A DNA stretch of 64,000 bases from Eledone cirrhosa (lineage: Eukaryota). The position numbers and the translations under genes were made by a program. Below are positions 52,945 through 64,000 of this stretch, piece by piece. The notes under the pieces were generated by a model. The model did no database searches and was not told the DNA's origin. It was given only the letters and a program-made list of their open reading frames with translations. The stretch's first letter is position 1; the number at the start of each line of letters is the position of its first letter. The stretch lies in NCBI GenBank assembly GCA_964016885.1, contig OZ024740.1, positions 123,690,001 to 123,754,000 of the forward strand, in the 5' to 3' direction.

Positions 52945-54818
52945 ATAATAATAATAATAATAATAAAGCAGCGATTCTTTGCTTAAACTTTAATCTGTTA
53001 TTTTAATAAATATATATATATATTGTTATACTTTGGGAGGGTCATGTTGCCAATAAGAAACACACGCACCAGTTGCTTTCACTTCAATTTAATTTATTAT
53101 ATATTTATAAATTTACAAATTTATAAATTTCTGGTTGGTTGGTTGGTTCCACAACCAGATAGTTGTTTATATATATATAGTCATAGTTCTTTCGTCACAC
53201 ACTCTGTGACCTCTTCAGTGACTGGGGATTTCTTTCTTCGTTTCTGTGCCTTTCCTTTCTTCTATCCTACGCCATTTTGTTTGAGTGTGGGTTGTGTGCT
53301 CAGTTTGCGCATGCGCCACATCCGGGTGTCTGTGTGTGTTTGTGTTCATTTTTCTATTTTTCTATTTATATTTTTCTATTTGTTTGTTTATTTATTTATT
53401 TATTGTTGGTTGGTTGTTTGTTCTATGTGTGTGTGTGTTTTCATTTTGTCCTGTGTGTGTTTTCATTTTGTCTTGTGTGTGTTTTCATTTTGTGTGTGTT
53501 TTCAATTGTAAGTTGTTTGTTCTATGTGTGTGTGTGTTTTCATTTTGTCCTTAATTGTAAGTTGTGATGTTGCTGTTCCACTCATATTTTCTATTTAATT
53601 TTGGTTTTAATTCTTTTATGCTTACTGCCTCTGTAATTTGCCTAAACATTGCGTCTTTCTTGTGTGTGGATTCTATTTTTATTTCTATGCTCTCTAATTT
53701 ACCCCTGTGTTCTATCTTAGCATGTTGGTAGAGCACAGATGATTCTTTATTATCTTGGAGGTCTCGCCAGTGTTCATTTATTCGTTCCCCTATACTACGA
53801 GCTGTCTCACCTATGTACACTATATTTTTGTTTCTACATTGTCCTTCAGTACATCTTATGCTATATACTACATTTCTAGTTTTACAGTTAATATGGGGGC
53901 TTATTTTACAGGTTATACATTTCTTATCTATACATGAGGGTCTTTGGAACGGGTATGTCTTGCTAATAAGTGTTTTTACGGAGGTACCAGGTCTTTCTAC
54001 TATCTTAATATAGAGATTATGTTTCTTTAGGGCCCTTCTAAATGTGTAGGCTAGTTCGCCTCTAGGGGTTGTATTGATGAACATTACAATCTGGTATTTA
54101 TTGCTATCATACCATGAGTTTATTCTATTGGCCTTGTTCTACCCTACAAATTTAGAAGGGCCCTAAAGAAACATAATCTCTATATTAAGATAGTAGAAAG
54201 ACCTGGTACCTCCGTAAAAACACTTATTAGCAAGACATACCCGTTCCAAAGACCCTCATGTATAGATAAGAAATGTATAACCTGTAAAATAAGCCCCCAT
54301 ATTAACTGTAAAACTAGAAATGTAGTATATAGCATAAGATGTACTGAAGGACAATGTAGAAACAAAAATATAGTGTACATAGGTGAGACAGCTCGTAGTA
54401 TAGGGGAACGAATAAATGAACACTGGCGAGACCTCCAAGATAATAAAGAATCATCTGTGCTCTACCAACATGCTAAGATAGAACACAGGGGTAAATTAGA
54501 GAGCATAGAAATAAAAATAGAATCCACACACAAGAAAGACGCAATGTTTAGGCAAATTACAGAGGCAGTAAGCATAAAAGAATTAAAACCAAAATTAAAT
54601 AGAAAATATGAGTGGAACAGCAACATCACAACTTACAATTAAGGACAAAATGAAAACACACACACACATAGAACAAACAACTTACAATTGAAAACACACA
54701 CAAGACAAAATGAAAACACACACACACATAGAACAAACAACCAACCAACAATAAATAAATAAATAAACAAACAAATAGAAAAATATAAATAGAAAAATGA
54801 ACACAAACACAGACAGAC

Positions 54819-54876
54819 ACCCGGATGTGGCGCATGCGCAAACTGAGCACGCAACCCACACACAAACAAAATGGCG
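54819..54876 (+). promoter_or_regulatory. Putative pLTR promoter motif cluster (ETS-like CCGGATGT, NRF1-like GCGCATGCGCA, YY1-like AAAATGGCG)
   Basis: Motifs are visible in all three pLTR copies, ~50-100 nt upstream of the HHR. Function is inferred. Confidence 0.45.
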
Positions 54877-54922
54877 TAGGATAGAAGAAAGGAAAGGCAC
54901 AGAAACGAAGAAAGAAATCCCC

Positions 54923-54967
54923 AGTCACTGAAGAGGTCACAGAGTGTGTGACGAAAGAACTATGACT
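54923..54967 (+). ncRNA. Hammerhead ribozyme in pLTR (copies 53179-53223 minus, 59250-59294 plus)
   Basis: AGTCA-CTGAAGA-G-GTCAC AGAGTGT GTGAC-GAAAG-AA-CTA-TGACT. Confidence 0.75.
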
Positions 54968-55100
54968 ATATATATATAAACAACTATCTGGTTGTGGAAC
55001 CAACCAACCAACCAGAAATTTATAAATTTGTAAATTTATAAATATATAATAAATTAAATTGAAGTGAAAGCAACTGGTGCGTGTGTTTCTTATTGGCAAC

Positions 55101-55665
55101 ATGACCCTCCCAAAGTATAACAATATCGGTTTCAACACACGATTTCAGATAAAGAATCTTGCTAAACAAATTCAGAAACGAAATATCGTAAGCCTTAGCC
55201 AGGCTAACAAGATACTGAAAACCACCATGTTCTGTTGTCTACGAAAAACCATAACATCTCGACAACTACGCTTCATAAAACTGTGCACCACTTCTAGAAT
55301 CTACACCAACACCATCAATACCGACGTTAGAAGATTACAACTCACCAAAAAACAAGCAGATAGGCTAAAACGAACTTTAATTCTAAACATAATAAATTTA
55401 AAAAAAAAAAAAAAAAAAGAAGATCTATAGAGAATTAAGTCATCAAGAAAAACTAAAGCGTAACCTAATACAAGAAATATCTAAAATCACCACACCAGCA
55501 GAAAAACTAACATTTATAAGCCTTATACGCCCCGAAGAACAGTACATTACTCAATAATGTAATAAGCACTTTAACAGAAAATTAAAGTGGCTTAAACAGG
55601 CAAAGCTAAATCGGGATACTATAGAGTATACCAATAGATATCCCGACAAAATTGACGGTATCAAC
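55101..55665 (+). pseudogene. Disrupted N-terminal extension of the PLE ORF
   Basis: ATG at 55101 (MTLPKY..). The frame shifts in the A-run ~55400-55418 into the frame of 55666, with one TAA at 55555-55557. Confidence 0.65.
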
Positions 55666-58600
55666 ATGGCCGACACCTCATTATCTGAAGAGTTCAACAA
55701 TGAAAATACCAACATTTATGGAAACACGGAAATAGATAATAATGAAATGTCTGTGTTACGTCTGCCACCCAAATTTGCGACATTCAAGAAGGTAAATATG
55801 ATTAGTTGTCTGTCAGAAATAGAAAAATCATTTACGAAACTACGCTGGAGCATCAAAAACAAAAACAAAAGCAACAATATACGCACACACATATACAACA
55901 CACATCCCAACAACAACAGACACACAGACACAAACAACAATAACAACAACAATAGCAACATACCCAGATACAACAACAACAATAGCAACATACCCAGATA
56001 CAACAGACACGCAGACACAAACAACAATAACAACACACACGGAGACAACAATAACAACAACACACACATCAACAACAACAACAATAGCAACATACCCAGA
56101 TACAACAACAACAGACACGCAAACACAAACAACAATAACAACACACACAACAACGATAACACACACACACACGGAGACAACAACAACACACATCAACAAC
56201 AACACACATCAACAACAACAACACACACGCATTCAATGCCTCTCACCACCACCACAATCTTAACAAACACACAGACACAGAAAACAAGTAATGACAGTAG
56301 CACAGAAATCAGAGAAATAAGAGAAAGTAATAGGATTAAAAGGAAAAGGAGATGGGAGACTAAGGACAAAGAGAATAACCAAGACGAACACACAGACACA
56401 CAAAATAGGGTAGATAACAACATTGAGCCAGTAGAAAGAGACAGGAGTAATTATGAGAGACATAGAAACAACCATGAAGCTGAGGCTGCTGCTGTTGGTG
56501 GAAATAGAAACAACACAACTAACAATAACAATAGCACTAGTACACATCAAGCAGCAGCCTGGAACTCTCCGTTTTATAACCCCTCCGATAAATCATTCGA
56601 CCTACGACGAGTCCACGCCACGACTTTGCCATTTAACAAACGCACGCAGTTGCCGTCGCAGGTCGATGAACAAACAGAAGCACAATTTAGTATAGCTAAA
56701 TCCGAACTTAGAAATATTATAGAACAGTATAGCAAGAAGCATAATAGAATAGAGGCCCAGCAACTGGGAGAAGAATCTGCAAATGGCTTGCGTAAGCTCA
56801 TGCAACGCTCGCGTAATGGAGAGATAGCATGCTTTCCAACAGACAAGTCTGGCAGAATGTCGGTTGACAGCCTGCCTAACTACATCCAGGCAATGCAACC
56901 CCACATCACTAACACAAGAGAGGTAACACCACAGGAGCATGAGGATAGAGAAAAAACCCTCAATGCCCATATGGTGATGTGGACAAATATAATGCAGCCC
57001 AACAAAAGGACTGCCAACAACTTCCAGGCCTGGAACAATGACGTGCCGGCGTTGTATGGGCTTCGAAAAGACCATAAAACGGACTGGGACCCTGTCGCGG
57101 GACCACCAACACGGCCAGTCTGTGGGGCTAAGATTGCTAGTAACTACAGACTGTCCTACTTCCTCTCCCTGATCATACGCCCCATCATTGAGATGTCCCC
57201 AGATGTGTGTGACAGCACGGAGGACCTCCTCAGCAGAATCGGCGCGGGTAACCGATCTGGGGACCTAACAAACTGCATAATAGGCAGTATGGATGTTGTG
57301 TCCCTGTATCCATCTATTGACGTGGATTTTGCTGTGGAGAAATGCGTCGAAATGATCAGCGAGAGCAAGGTTGAGTTCCGTGGGATTGATACCAGTGAAC
57401 TGGGACTTCTACTTAAGCTTACCCATAGTAATAGTTACCTAGACACTTATGACCTTACCAACCTGTGCCCTACAAGACCAGCAAGAGGCAGACCACCTAC
57501 CATTACCTCAATGGCCAAGAAAACCCACACAGATAGATGGAATGGGTGGACCAGAGCCATACGGACACCCGAAAACCACGATGAACTGAAGAAAATGATT
57601 GCACATGCGGTAGGGGCCAGCATAAAATTAACCCTTAAGGAACATATGTTCAAATTTAATGGTAAAACATATGCCCAAGAGGAAGGAGCAGCCATTGGTG
57701 TTAGCATTGCAGGCGACATAGCTAACTTATTCATGGTATGGTGGGACAGTAGACTTAAACAAAAACTTAATGAACAATTAGAAGACAGCTTAACCCTGAT
57801 AATGTACTCCCGCTACGTAGATGATATAAACATCGTAGTTAAGACACCCCCACTAAAGAACAGTCAGGAACTAGAGAAAAACACAATGGAAAGCATCCAG
57901 CAAATAGCAAACTCCATCCACCAGAGCATTAAAGTTACTATAGACTACCCAAGTAGACACCCCAACCATCGATTACCTGTACTAGACACAGAGCTCTGGT
58001 TAGATAAAATTAACAACCAAAAACAAATCCTCCATTCCCATTATGCCAAACCCATGACTTCCAAACATCTGATCCACCGAAACTCGGCCGTTTCGGACCA
58101 TACCAAAATCAACATACTGATTGCGGATTTGGTACGGGTGATGAGAAATGTGTCCCGCATGTGCAACCCCGAAGAACTAGAGAGACACATACAACACTTC
58201 ATCCACCGTATGCAGTTCTCTGGCTACAATCAGAGAGATAGAATCAGAGTGTATAAAGGAGTCAGAACCAAATGGGAAAAAATGGTATATAATGACATAA
58301 ATGGGACCTGCCCCTTGTATAGGAACAAATTTTGGAATAGAATAGAAAGAACTAAGAACAAGGCCAATAGAATAAACTCATGGTATGATAGCAATAAATA
58401 CCAGAGTGTAATGTTCATCAATACAACCCCTAGAGGCGAACTAGCCTACAAATTTAGAAGGGCCCTAAAGAAACATAATCTCTATATTAAGATAGTAGAA
58501 AGACCTGGTACCTCCGTAAAAACACTTATTAGCAAGACATACCCGTTCCAAAGACCCTCATGTATAGATAAGAAATGTATAACCTGTAAAATAAGCCCCC

Positions 58601-58944
58601 ATATTAACTGTAAAACTAGAAATGTAGTATATAGCATAAGATGTACTGAAGGACAATGTAGAAACAAAAATATAGTGTACATAGGTGAGACAGCTCGTAG
58701 TATAGGGGAACGAATAAATGAACACTGGCGAGACCTCCAAGATAATAAAGAATCATCTGTGCTCTACCAACATGCTAAGATAGAACACAGGGGTAAATTA
58801 GAGAGCATAGAAATAAAAATAGAATCCACACACAAGAAAGACGCAATGTTTAGGCAAATTACAGAGGCAGTAAGCATAAAAGAATTAAAACCAAAATTAA
58901 ATAGAAAATATGAGTGGAACAACAACATCACAACTTACAATTAA
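55666..58944 (+). CDS. PLE reverse transcriptase + Cys linker + GIY-YIG endonuclease (1092 aa open)
   Basis: PTDKSG, LYGLRKDHK, TRPVC, SMDVVSLYPSI, QEEGAAIG, YSRYVDD, LPVLD, CIDKKCITC, NVVYSIRC..VYIGETARSIGERINEH, EAVSI..LN. Confidence 0.93.
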   Translation: MADTSLSEEFNNENTNIYGNTEIDNNEMSVLRLPPKFATFKKVNMISCLSEIEKSFTKLRWSIKNKNKSNNIRTHIYNTHPNNNRHTDTNNNNNNNSNIPRYNNNNSNIPRYNRHADTNNNNNTHGDNNNNNTHINNNNNSNIPRYNNNRHANTNNNNNTHNNDNTHTHGDNNNTHQQQHTSTTTTHTHSMPLTTTTILTNTQTQKTSNDSSTEIREIRESNRIKRKRRWETKDKENNQDEHTDTQNRVDNNIEPVERDRSNYERHRNNHEAEAAAVGGNRNNTTNNNNSTSTHQAAAWNSPFYNPSDKSFDLRRVHATTLPFNKRTQLPSQVDEQTEAQFSIAKSELRNIIEQYSKKHNRIEAQQLGEESANGLRKLMQRSRNGEIACFPTDKSGRMSVDSLPNYIQAMQPHITNTREVTPQEHEDREKTLNAHMVMWTNIMQPNKRTANNFQAWNNDVPALYGLRKDHKTDWDPVAGPPTRPVCGAKIASNYRLSYFLSLIIRPIIEMSPDVCDSTEDLLSRIGAGNRSGDLTNCIIGSMDVVSLYPSIDVDFAVEKCVEMISESKVEFRGIDTSELGLLLKLTHSNSYLDTYDLTNLCPTRPARGRPPTITSMAKKTHTDRWNGWTRAIRTPENHDELKKMIAHAVGASIKLTLKEHMFKFNGKTYAQEEGAAIGVSIAGDIANLFMVWWDSRLKQKLNEQLEDSLTLIMYSRYVDDINIVVKTPPLKNSQELEKNTMESIQQIANSIHQSIKVTIDYPSRHPNHRLPVLDTELWLDKINNQKQILHSHYAKPMTSKHLIHRNSAVSDHTKINILIADLVRVMRNVSRMCNPEELERHIQHFIHRMQFSGYNQRDRIRVYKGVRTKWEKMVYNDINGTCPLYRNKFWNRIERTKNKANRINSWYDSNKYQSVMFINTTPRGELAYKFRRALKKHNLYIKIVERPGTSVKTLISKTYPFQRPSCIDKKCITCKISPHINCKTRNVVYSIRCTEGQCRNKNIVYIGETARSIGERINEHWRDLQDNKESSVLYQHAKIEHRGKLESIEIKIESTHKKDAMFRQITEAVSIKELKPKLNRKYEWNNNITTYN
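55860..56285 (+). repeat. In-frame (AAC)n/(AC)n minisatellite encoding an Asn/His/Thr-rich tract
   Basis: Repeated AATAGCAACATACCCAGATACAAC (NSNIPRYN) and AAC runs. Confidence 0.85.
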
Positions 58945-59507
58945 GGACAAAATGAAAACACACACACACATAGAACAAACAACTTACAATTGAAAACACA
59001 CACAAAATGAAAACACACACAAGACAAAATGAAAACACACACACACATAGAACAAACAACCAACCAACAATAAATAAATAAATAAACAAACAAATAGAAA
59101 AATATAAATAGAAAAATAGAAAAATGAACACAAACACACACAGGTACCCGGATGTGGCGCATGCGCAAACTGAGCACGCAACCCACACACAAACAAAATG
59201 GCGTAGGATAGAAGAAAGGAAAGGCACAGAAACGAAGAAAGAAATCCCCAGTCACTGAAGAGGTCACAGAGTGTGTGACGAAAGAACTATGACTATATAT
59301 ATATAAACAACTATCTGGTTGTGGAACCAACCAACCAACCAGAAATTTATAAATTTGTAAATTTATAAATATATAATAAATTAAATTGAAGTGAAAGCAA
59401 CTGGTGCGTGTGTTTCTTATTGGCAACATGACCCTCCCAAAGTATAACAATATCGGTTTCAACACACGATTTCAGATAAAGAATCTTGCTAAACAAATTC
59501 AGAAACG

Positions 59508-59545
<38 letters not shown>

Positions 59546-60766
59546 ATAATAAATTTGAAGACTAAAATCCAAAGAGGGCTATTGTCATGCCTTTCAGAAG
59601 ATCCTGTTAAGGGTGAAAGCAACGATTCTTTGCTTAAACTTTAATCTGTTATTTTAATAAATATATATATATAAAGAGAGATTTTAATTATGTATGAAAG
59701 CACCTAGTCCATACTGTAATGTTGTTTGCCTTAGAAAAGGCTTCCAGGCATAGAAACCAAGACAAAATACAGATCTGTATGAACAAGACATGGTAACTTG
59801 ATCTGACATGTTTCATAACGTGTTAACACATTTAACTAATGCAAGTGTAGAAAATATACATTAAATGATGATATATATATATATAAAGTGAACGCTAGCC
59901 TGAATCCATGACTCCTGCCAAACCAAACTGTACTCCCTTACAAATTTGGCAAATCAAACGTAGACCACCCATCCTCCCAAACTCAGCTTACGCAATCAGT
60001 CTGCAATAGCCATATAATGAGGAAGACACATATATATATACTTCTAGTGCTATTTCTAATACATTAGTAAGAAGACCATTTTTAAAACCACTGAGGTTTC
60101 TGGGGAAAAGAGCGCAAGTTCTCCTCAGACTGGAGACATCTTAGTAATTGATGGTGTTGTTGAGTGTGTGTGAGTATGTGTTTTGTGCCTTCATTGTCAT
60201 GCCTTTAAATTTGGTTTCCTTTAACCGTTTAGCATTCAATCCAGCTCTATCCAGCCAGAATTCTCTCACCTCTTTCTGTTCAAATCAGCCACTCGTACTG
60301 ACATTAAGGTATTGTTCTCAAAATAAATAACATCAAAATCTCATAGATTCGGTATTATGTGAAATAATTATGTGAAGTAAAGCCTTTACAGTGAAAATAC
60401 AATACTAAATATAGAATAGTGCATGTGTTAAAGGGTTAAGAGCAGTGCAAGCCATATATAAAGACACTGTCCACTAAATGGAAGTAGGCAGTGAGGTAAA
60501 TGAAGAAGTCAGTGTTTACTGTGACTACATTCACCACCCACTCCTGTTTATTATAATTCTCTAGGAGGAGTTTAATACTGGATGCCTGTGGGAGCACCTC
60601 TATGCTAATAATCTAATTCTTGTAACAGAAGGTAAGAAATATTTAAAGAAGAAACTCCAGGTGTAAAAACAAAATGTAGGTTCAAAATACTTAGTGAATA
60701 GAAGAGAAAGCATGACAGTTGCCATCATGTAAATGCTTGTTCAAATGCTTTTCATTATATGTATAT

Positions 60767-63700
60767 GTGACTATATAATTATTGCTGGCGACCTAAATGG
60801 TCACGTTGGACAACATTGTGACGGCTATGAAGGAATCCATGGAGGCTATGGGTTTGGTACCAGAAATGAGGAAGGCTCCAGAATCCTGGAATTCTGTGAC
60901 GCAAATAAACTAACTATCTGTAACACTAACTTCAAAAAATAAGACAATCACTTGATCACCTATAGATCGGGGGAACACACAAGCCAGGTAGATTATATCC
61001 TTACCAGGAGACGTGACAGATTGTCTGTTGTAAACACTAAATCCCTCCCACATGAAGAATGCACGTCTCAACATAGACTCATAATTAGCTACCTCATAGT
61101 CAGGACGAGATGTATTCGACAACAGAAGAGGACTATCGTCAGGAGAAAAATATGGAAATTAAAGGACCCCACAGCCAGTCATAAATTTAAAAGCATATTA
61201 CTTGATGCTTTTGATAGTAAGGAAGAGCAAATAGAGTCGTACAATATAGAGGAACAGTGGGAATTCCTGAAAGCTAACCTGCTGAAGGCAACAGATGAAA
61301 CCTGTGGCTGGAGCAGGCCTATAGGCAGGAGGAGAGTAACTTGGTGGTGGAACAGTGAGATGGAGAGGTCAATCAAGGCTAAAAAGCAGGCTTGGAAAGC
61401 ATGGCGGGATGGGGAAGTAGAGAAGACTATCAAGTGGCCAGGAGGGAAGCTAGGAGACAAGTGTACTTTGCAAGAAGGGAAGCAGAGGAAAGAAAGTTCA
61501 AGCATGTTCTACAACGCGAGGACCAAAAACGTGAGGTGTTCAGGATTGCTAGGCAATGTGTCAAGGAAAACAGTGATATTGTCGGGGAGAAGTGTGTCCT
61601 AAATAATGATGGTGTACTTGCCATCACTGACGCTGATAAGATGGTAGCTTGGAAGTGTCACTACGAAAGGCTACTAAATGAGGAGAATAATTGGGAGAAA
61701 GACAGTCTCCCCCACACCGACCCAATAGAGGGACCAGCAGTGCAAGTTGAAGGTAGTATAATAAGTAAGGCGATCAAAGACATGAAGACAGGCAAGACGG
61801 CCGGGCCTTCGGAAATAGTTGCCGAAATGCTGAAAGCATCTGGAACGGTGGGACACACTATGGTCACCCGGATAGTAAACCAAGTCATACAGAATGGGGT
61901 CGTTCCGAAGGACTGGCACAGCAGCATCATCATTAACTGCTACAAGGGTAAAGGTGATGCCCTAGATAGGGGAAACTATAGCGGCATTAAATTAATTGAC
62001 CAGGTCATGAAGGTCACAGAAAAAGTAATAGCGTAACTAATCAGAGAGCGAATTGATCTAGACGAAATGCAGTTCGGGTTTGTGTCAGGTAAAAGTACAA
62101 CAGACGCTCTTTTCATTGTACGACAACTACAGGAGAAGTACCTAGCTAAAAGTAAACCCATATACTTAGCTTTTGTTGACTTGGAGAAAGCATATGAAAG
62201 AGTACCCCGCTCGATTATCTGGTGGGCCCTTAGAAAACTAGGTGTTGATGAATGGCTTGTGAGAGCTATACAAGCCATGTATAAAGAAACAGTCAGCAAG
62301 GTTAGAATTAACAACGAATATAGTGAAGAGTTTAGCATAAAAGTTGGTGTTCACCAGGGCTCCGTCCTTAGCCCCCTACTATTTATTATTGCCCTTCAGG
62401 CTATAACAGAGGAGTTCAAGACCGGCTGCTCATGGGAACTCCTATATGCAGATGATCTAACGCTCATAGCTGAATCAATGGCTGAACTAGAGAAGAAATT
62501 CCAAACATGGAAGCATGGCCTAGAATCAAAAGGCCTCAAATATTAACTTGTCTAAGACTAAAGTTCTAGTTTGTAGGAAGGAAAATAGGGCACCGGTTCC
62601 ATCTGGGAAATGGCCATGCTCAGTGTGTAGGAAAGGAGTAGGCAGAAACTCCTTTTTATGTCCCAAATGCAAAGTAAGGGTACTTAAAAGATGTAGTGGG
62701 ATCACAGGTAAGCTAACTAAGAATATATGTTTTATACGTGGCCGGTGCTCTGGTGCAATAAGTAGCAGCAAGTCCCCACAGAATACTAACTCATTCCATT
62801 GCACAGATGGTTCTATAGAAATAGTGGACAGCTTCTGTTACCTGGGTGATAAAATCAGCAGTGGGGGAGGGTGCTCTGAAAGTACAGTAGCTAGAGTCAG
62901 AACGGGATGGAAAAAGTTCAGAGAGCTTATACCACTATTGGTCGCTCGCGGGTTCTCTCTAAAAATGAAAGGCAGGCTGTATGATGCCTGCACACGAACA
63001 ACAATGTTACATGGCAGTGAGACCTGGGCATTGTGTGCTGAGGATATATGCAGACTGGAGAGAAACGAAGCTTGCATGTTCCGCTGGATGTGTAATAGTA
63101 ATATACGTGAATGGCAAAGCATAAACGAACTAAGGGAGAAATTAGAAATAAGAGGGATCAGATGTTGTTTACTCGAGAGAAGACTACGTTGGTATGGTCA
63201 CGTGATGCGCATGAAAGACGACAGCTGTATAAAAAAATGCAGGGCAATAAAAATAGACGGTAGCCACGGAGTAGGCAGACCCAGAAAAACCTGGGACGAC
63301 TTGATAAATTCCGACCTCACACACTTACACCTCTCCAAGACAATGTCACTGGACCGAGATGTTTGGCGCTACAAAGTAATAGAGAAGACCCGCCTTACCT
63401 AAGTGCAAAGTGAAACCTACTACAGTCAGTAGGCACCTCTAACAAAATACACCCCGTCTCACTACCCCCACCCCATCCACACCACCCTTTTCAATGTAAA
63501 GTTATGTTAGTACCACATCATCCAGCCCGAAACAAATGAGGTTGTGTAGGTGTCACGACAAAAATACACACAGTCCACGTTGTAATGTGGCCGTGTAGGT
63601 AAAACGGTAAAAACCTCCCAGTTCAACACTGTAAATGTGGTTGGTGTTAGGAAGGGCATCAAGCCGTAGAAAACCCGCCAGACAGTCCTATGCGAGTAAG

Positions 63701-63794
63701 ACAACCACTCTTGCCTCAAGTGGGAAAACTCCCGTCCAAACCCATGCGAGCGTGGAATATTACGTTAAACGAAGATGATGATGATGATGATGAT
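60767..63794 (+). mobile_element. 5'-truncated RTE LINE, same family as 38876-42780
   Basis: Starts at DYIIIAGDLNGH. Stops and frameshifts (~60940, 61415, 62034, 62540). ORF ends at 63402, followed by a homologous 3' UTR and (GAT)n tail. Confidence 0.95.
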
Positions 63795-64000
63795 ATATAT
63801 ATCTACAGCTGTAGATATATAAGTATTATTGTATTTTTGGTTTGTGGCTTGTGTTTTTTTTTTTTGTTAGTCATTCCTGCATGTTGACATTTAGCACTAA
63901 ATTACTGAATAGGGTTCTGTTGTGTTTTTTGTATTCTCTATGCAAATATCTAACTATACTCACTTATATTGAAACACATGTACACACATATACCTACTAA

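Larger units (their letters stand above)
53022..59513 (+). mobile_element. Near-complete Penelope-like element (Neptune-like): inverted pLTR 53022-54140, 5' pLTR 54143-55184, ORF, 3' pLTR ~58445-59513
   Basis: Three near-identical ~1.05-1.1-kb copies, each including the GIY-YIG coding end. The inverted copy lacks the last ~60 nt. (TA)n at both ends. Confidence 0.95.

Noticed and set aside
53022-55184. Inverted pLTR as a read fold-back assembly artefact
   Set aside because: Arms differ by substitutions and repeat-unit number, and show the tail asymmetry typical of PLEs. Read-level confirmation is still advisable.
55666-58944. Naiad/Chlamys-type or selenocysteine-recoded PLE
   Set aside because: GIY-YIG is C-terminal, and the interrupting stop upstream is TAA rather than TGA.
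39464-63122. Short ORFs antisense to or overlapping the RTE and PLE ORFs
   Set aside because: Shadow frames of retroelement coding sequence or low-complexity pLTR repeats.

Overview
AT-rich, repeat-saturated animal genomic DNA. It is most likely a coleoid cephalopod such as Octopus, inferred from dense (TA)n/(CA)n tracts, Deu/Nin-core tRNA-SINEs and RTE LINEs. No host exon could be supported. Recognisable coding remnants are: four Penelope-like retroelements (PLEs; RT plus C-terminal GIY-YIG), including a near-complete copy at 53022-59513 with inverted and tandem pLTRs; two related RTE LINEs with a PHD-like Cys cluster; a Helitron Pif1-helicase remnant; a mariner remnant; and R4/Dong-like and CR1-like scraps. 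Two non-autonomous Helitron-like units are also present. The most striking signal is non-coding. About 15 hammerhead-ribozyme (HHR)-like motifs, read by eye, lie in (TA)n-embedded inserts that share the PLE 'inverted arm + direct arm + unpaired tail' architecture. Four inserts are ORF-less tandem monomers of about 430-710 bp with one HHR per monomer. They look like non-LTR retrozymes (potential circular RNAs) mobilised in trans by neighbouring PLEs. Most ORFs in the supplied track are microsatellite or antisense artefacts. All folds and family assignments were made by inspection, without computation or database search.
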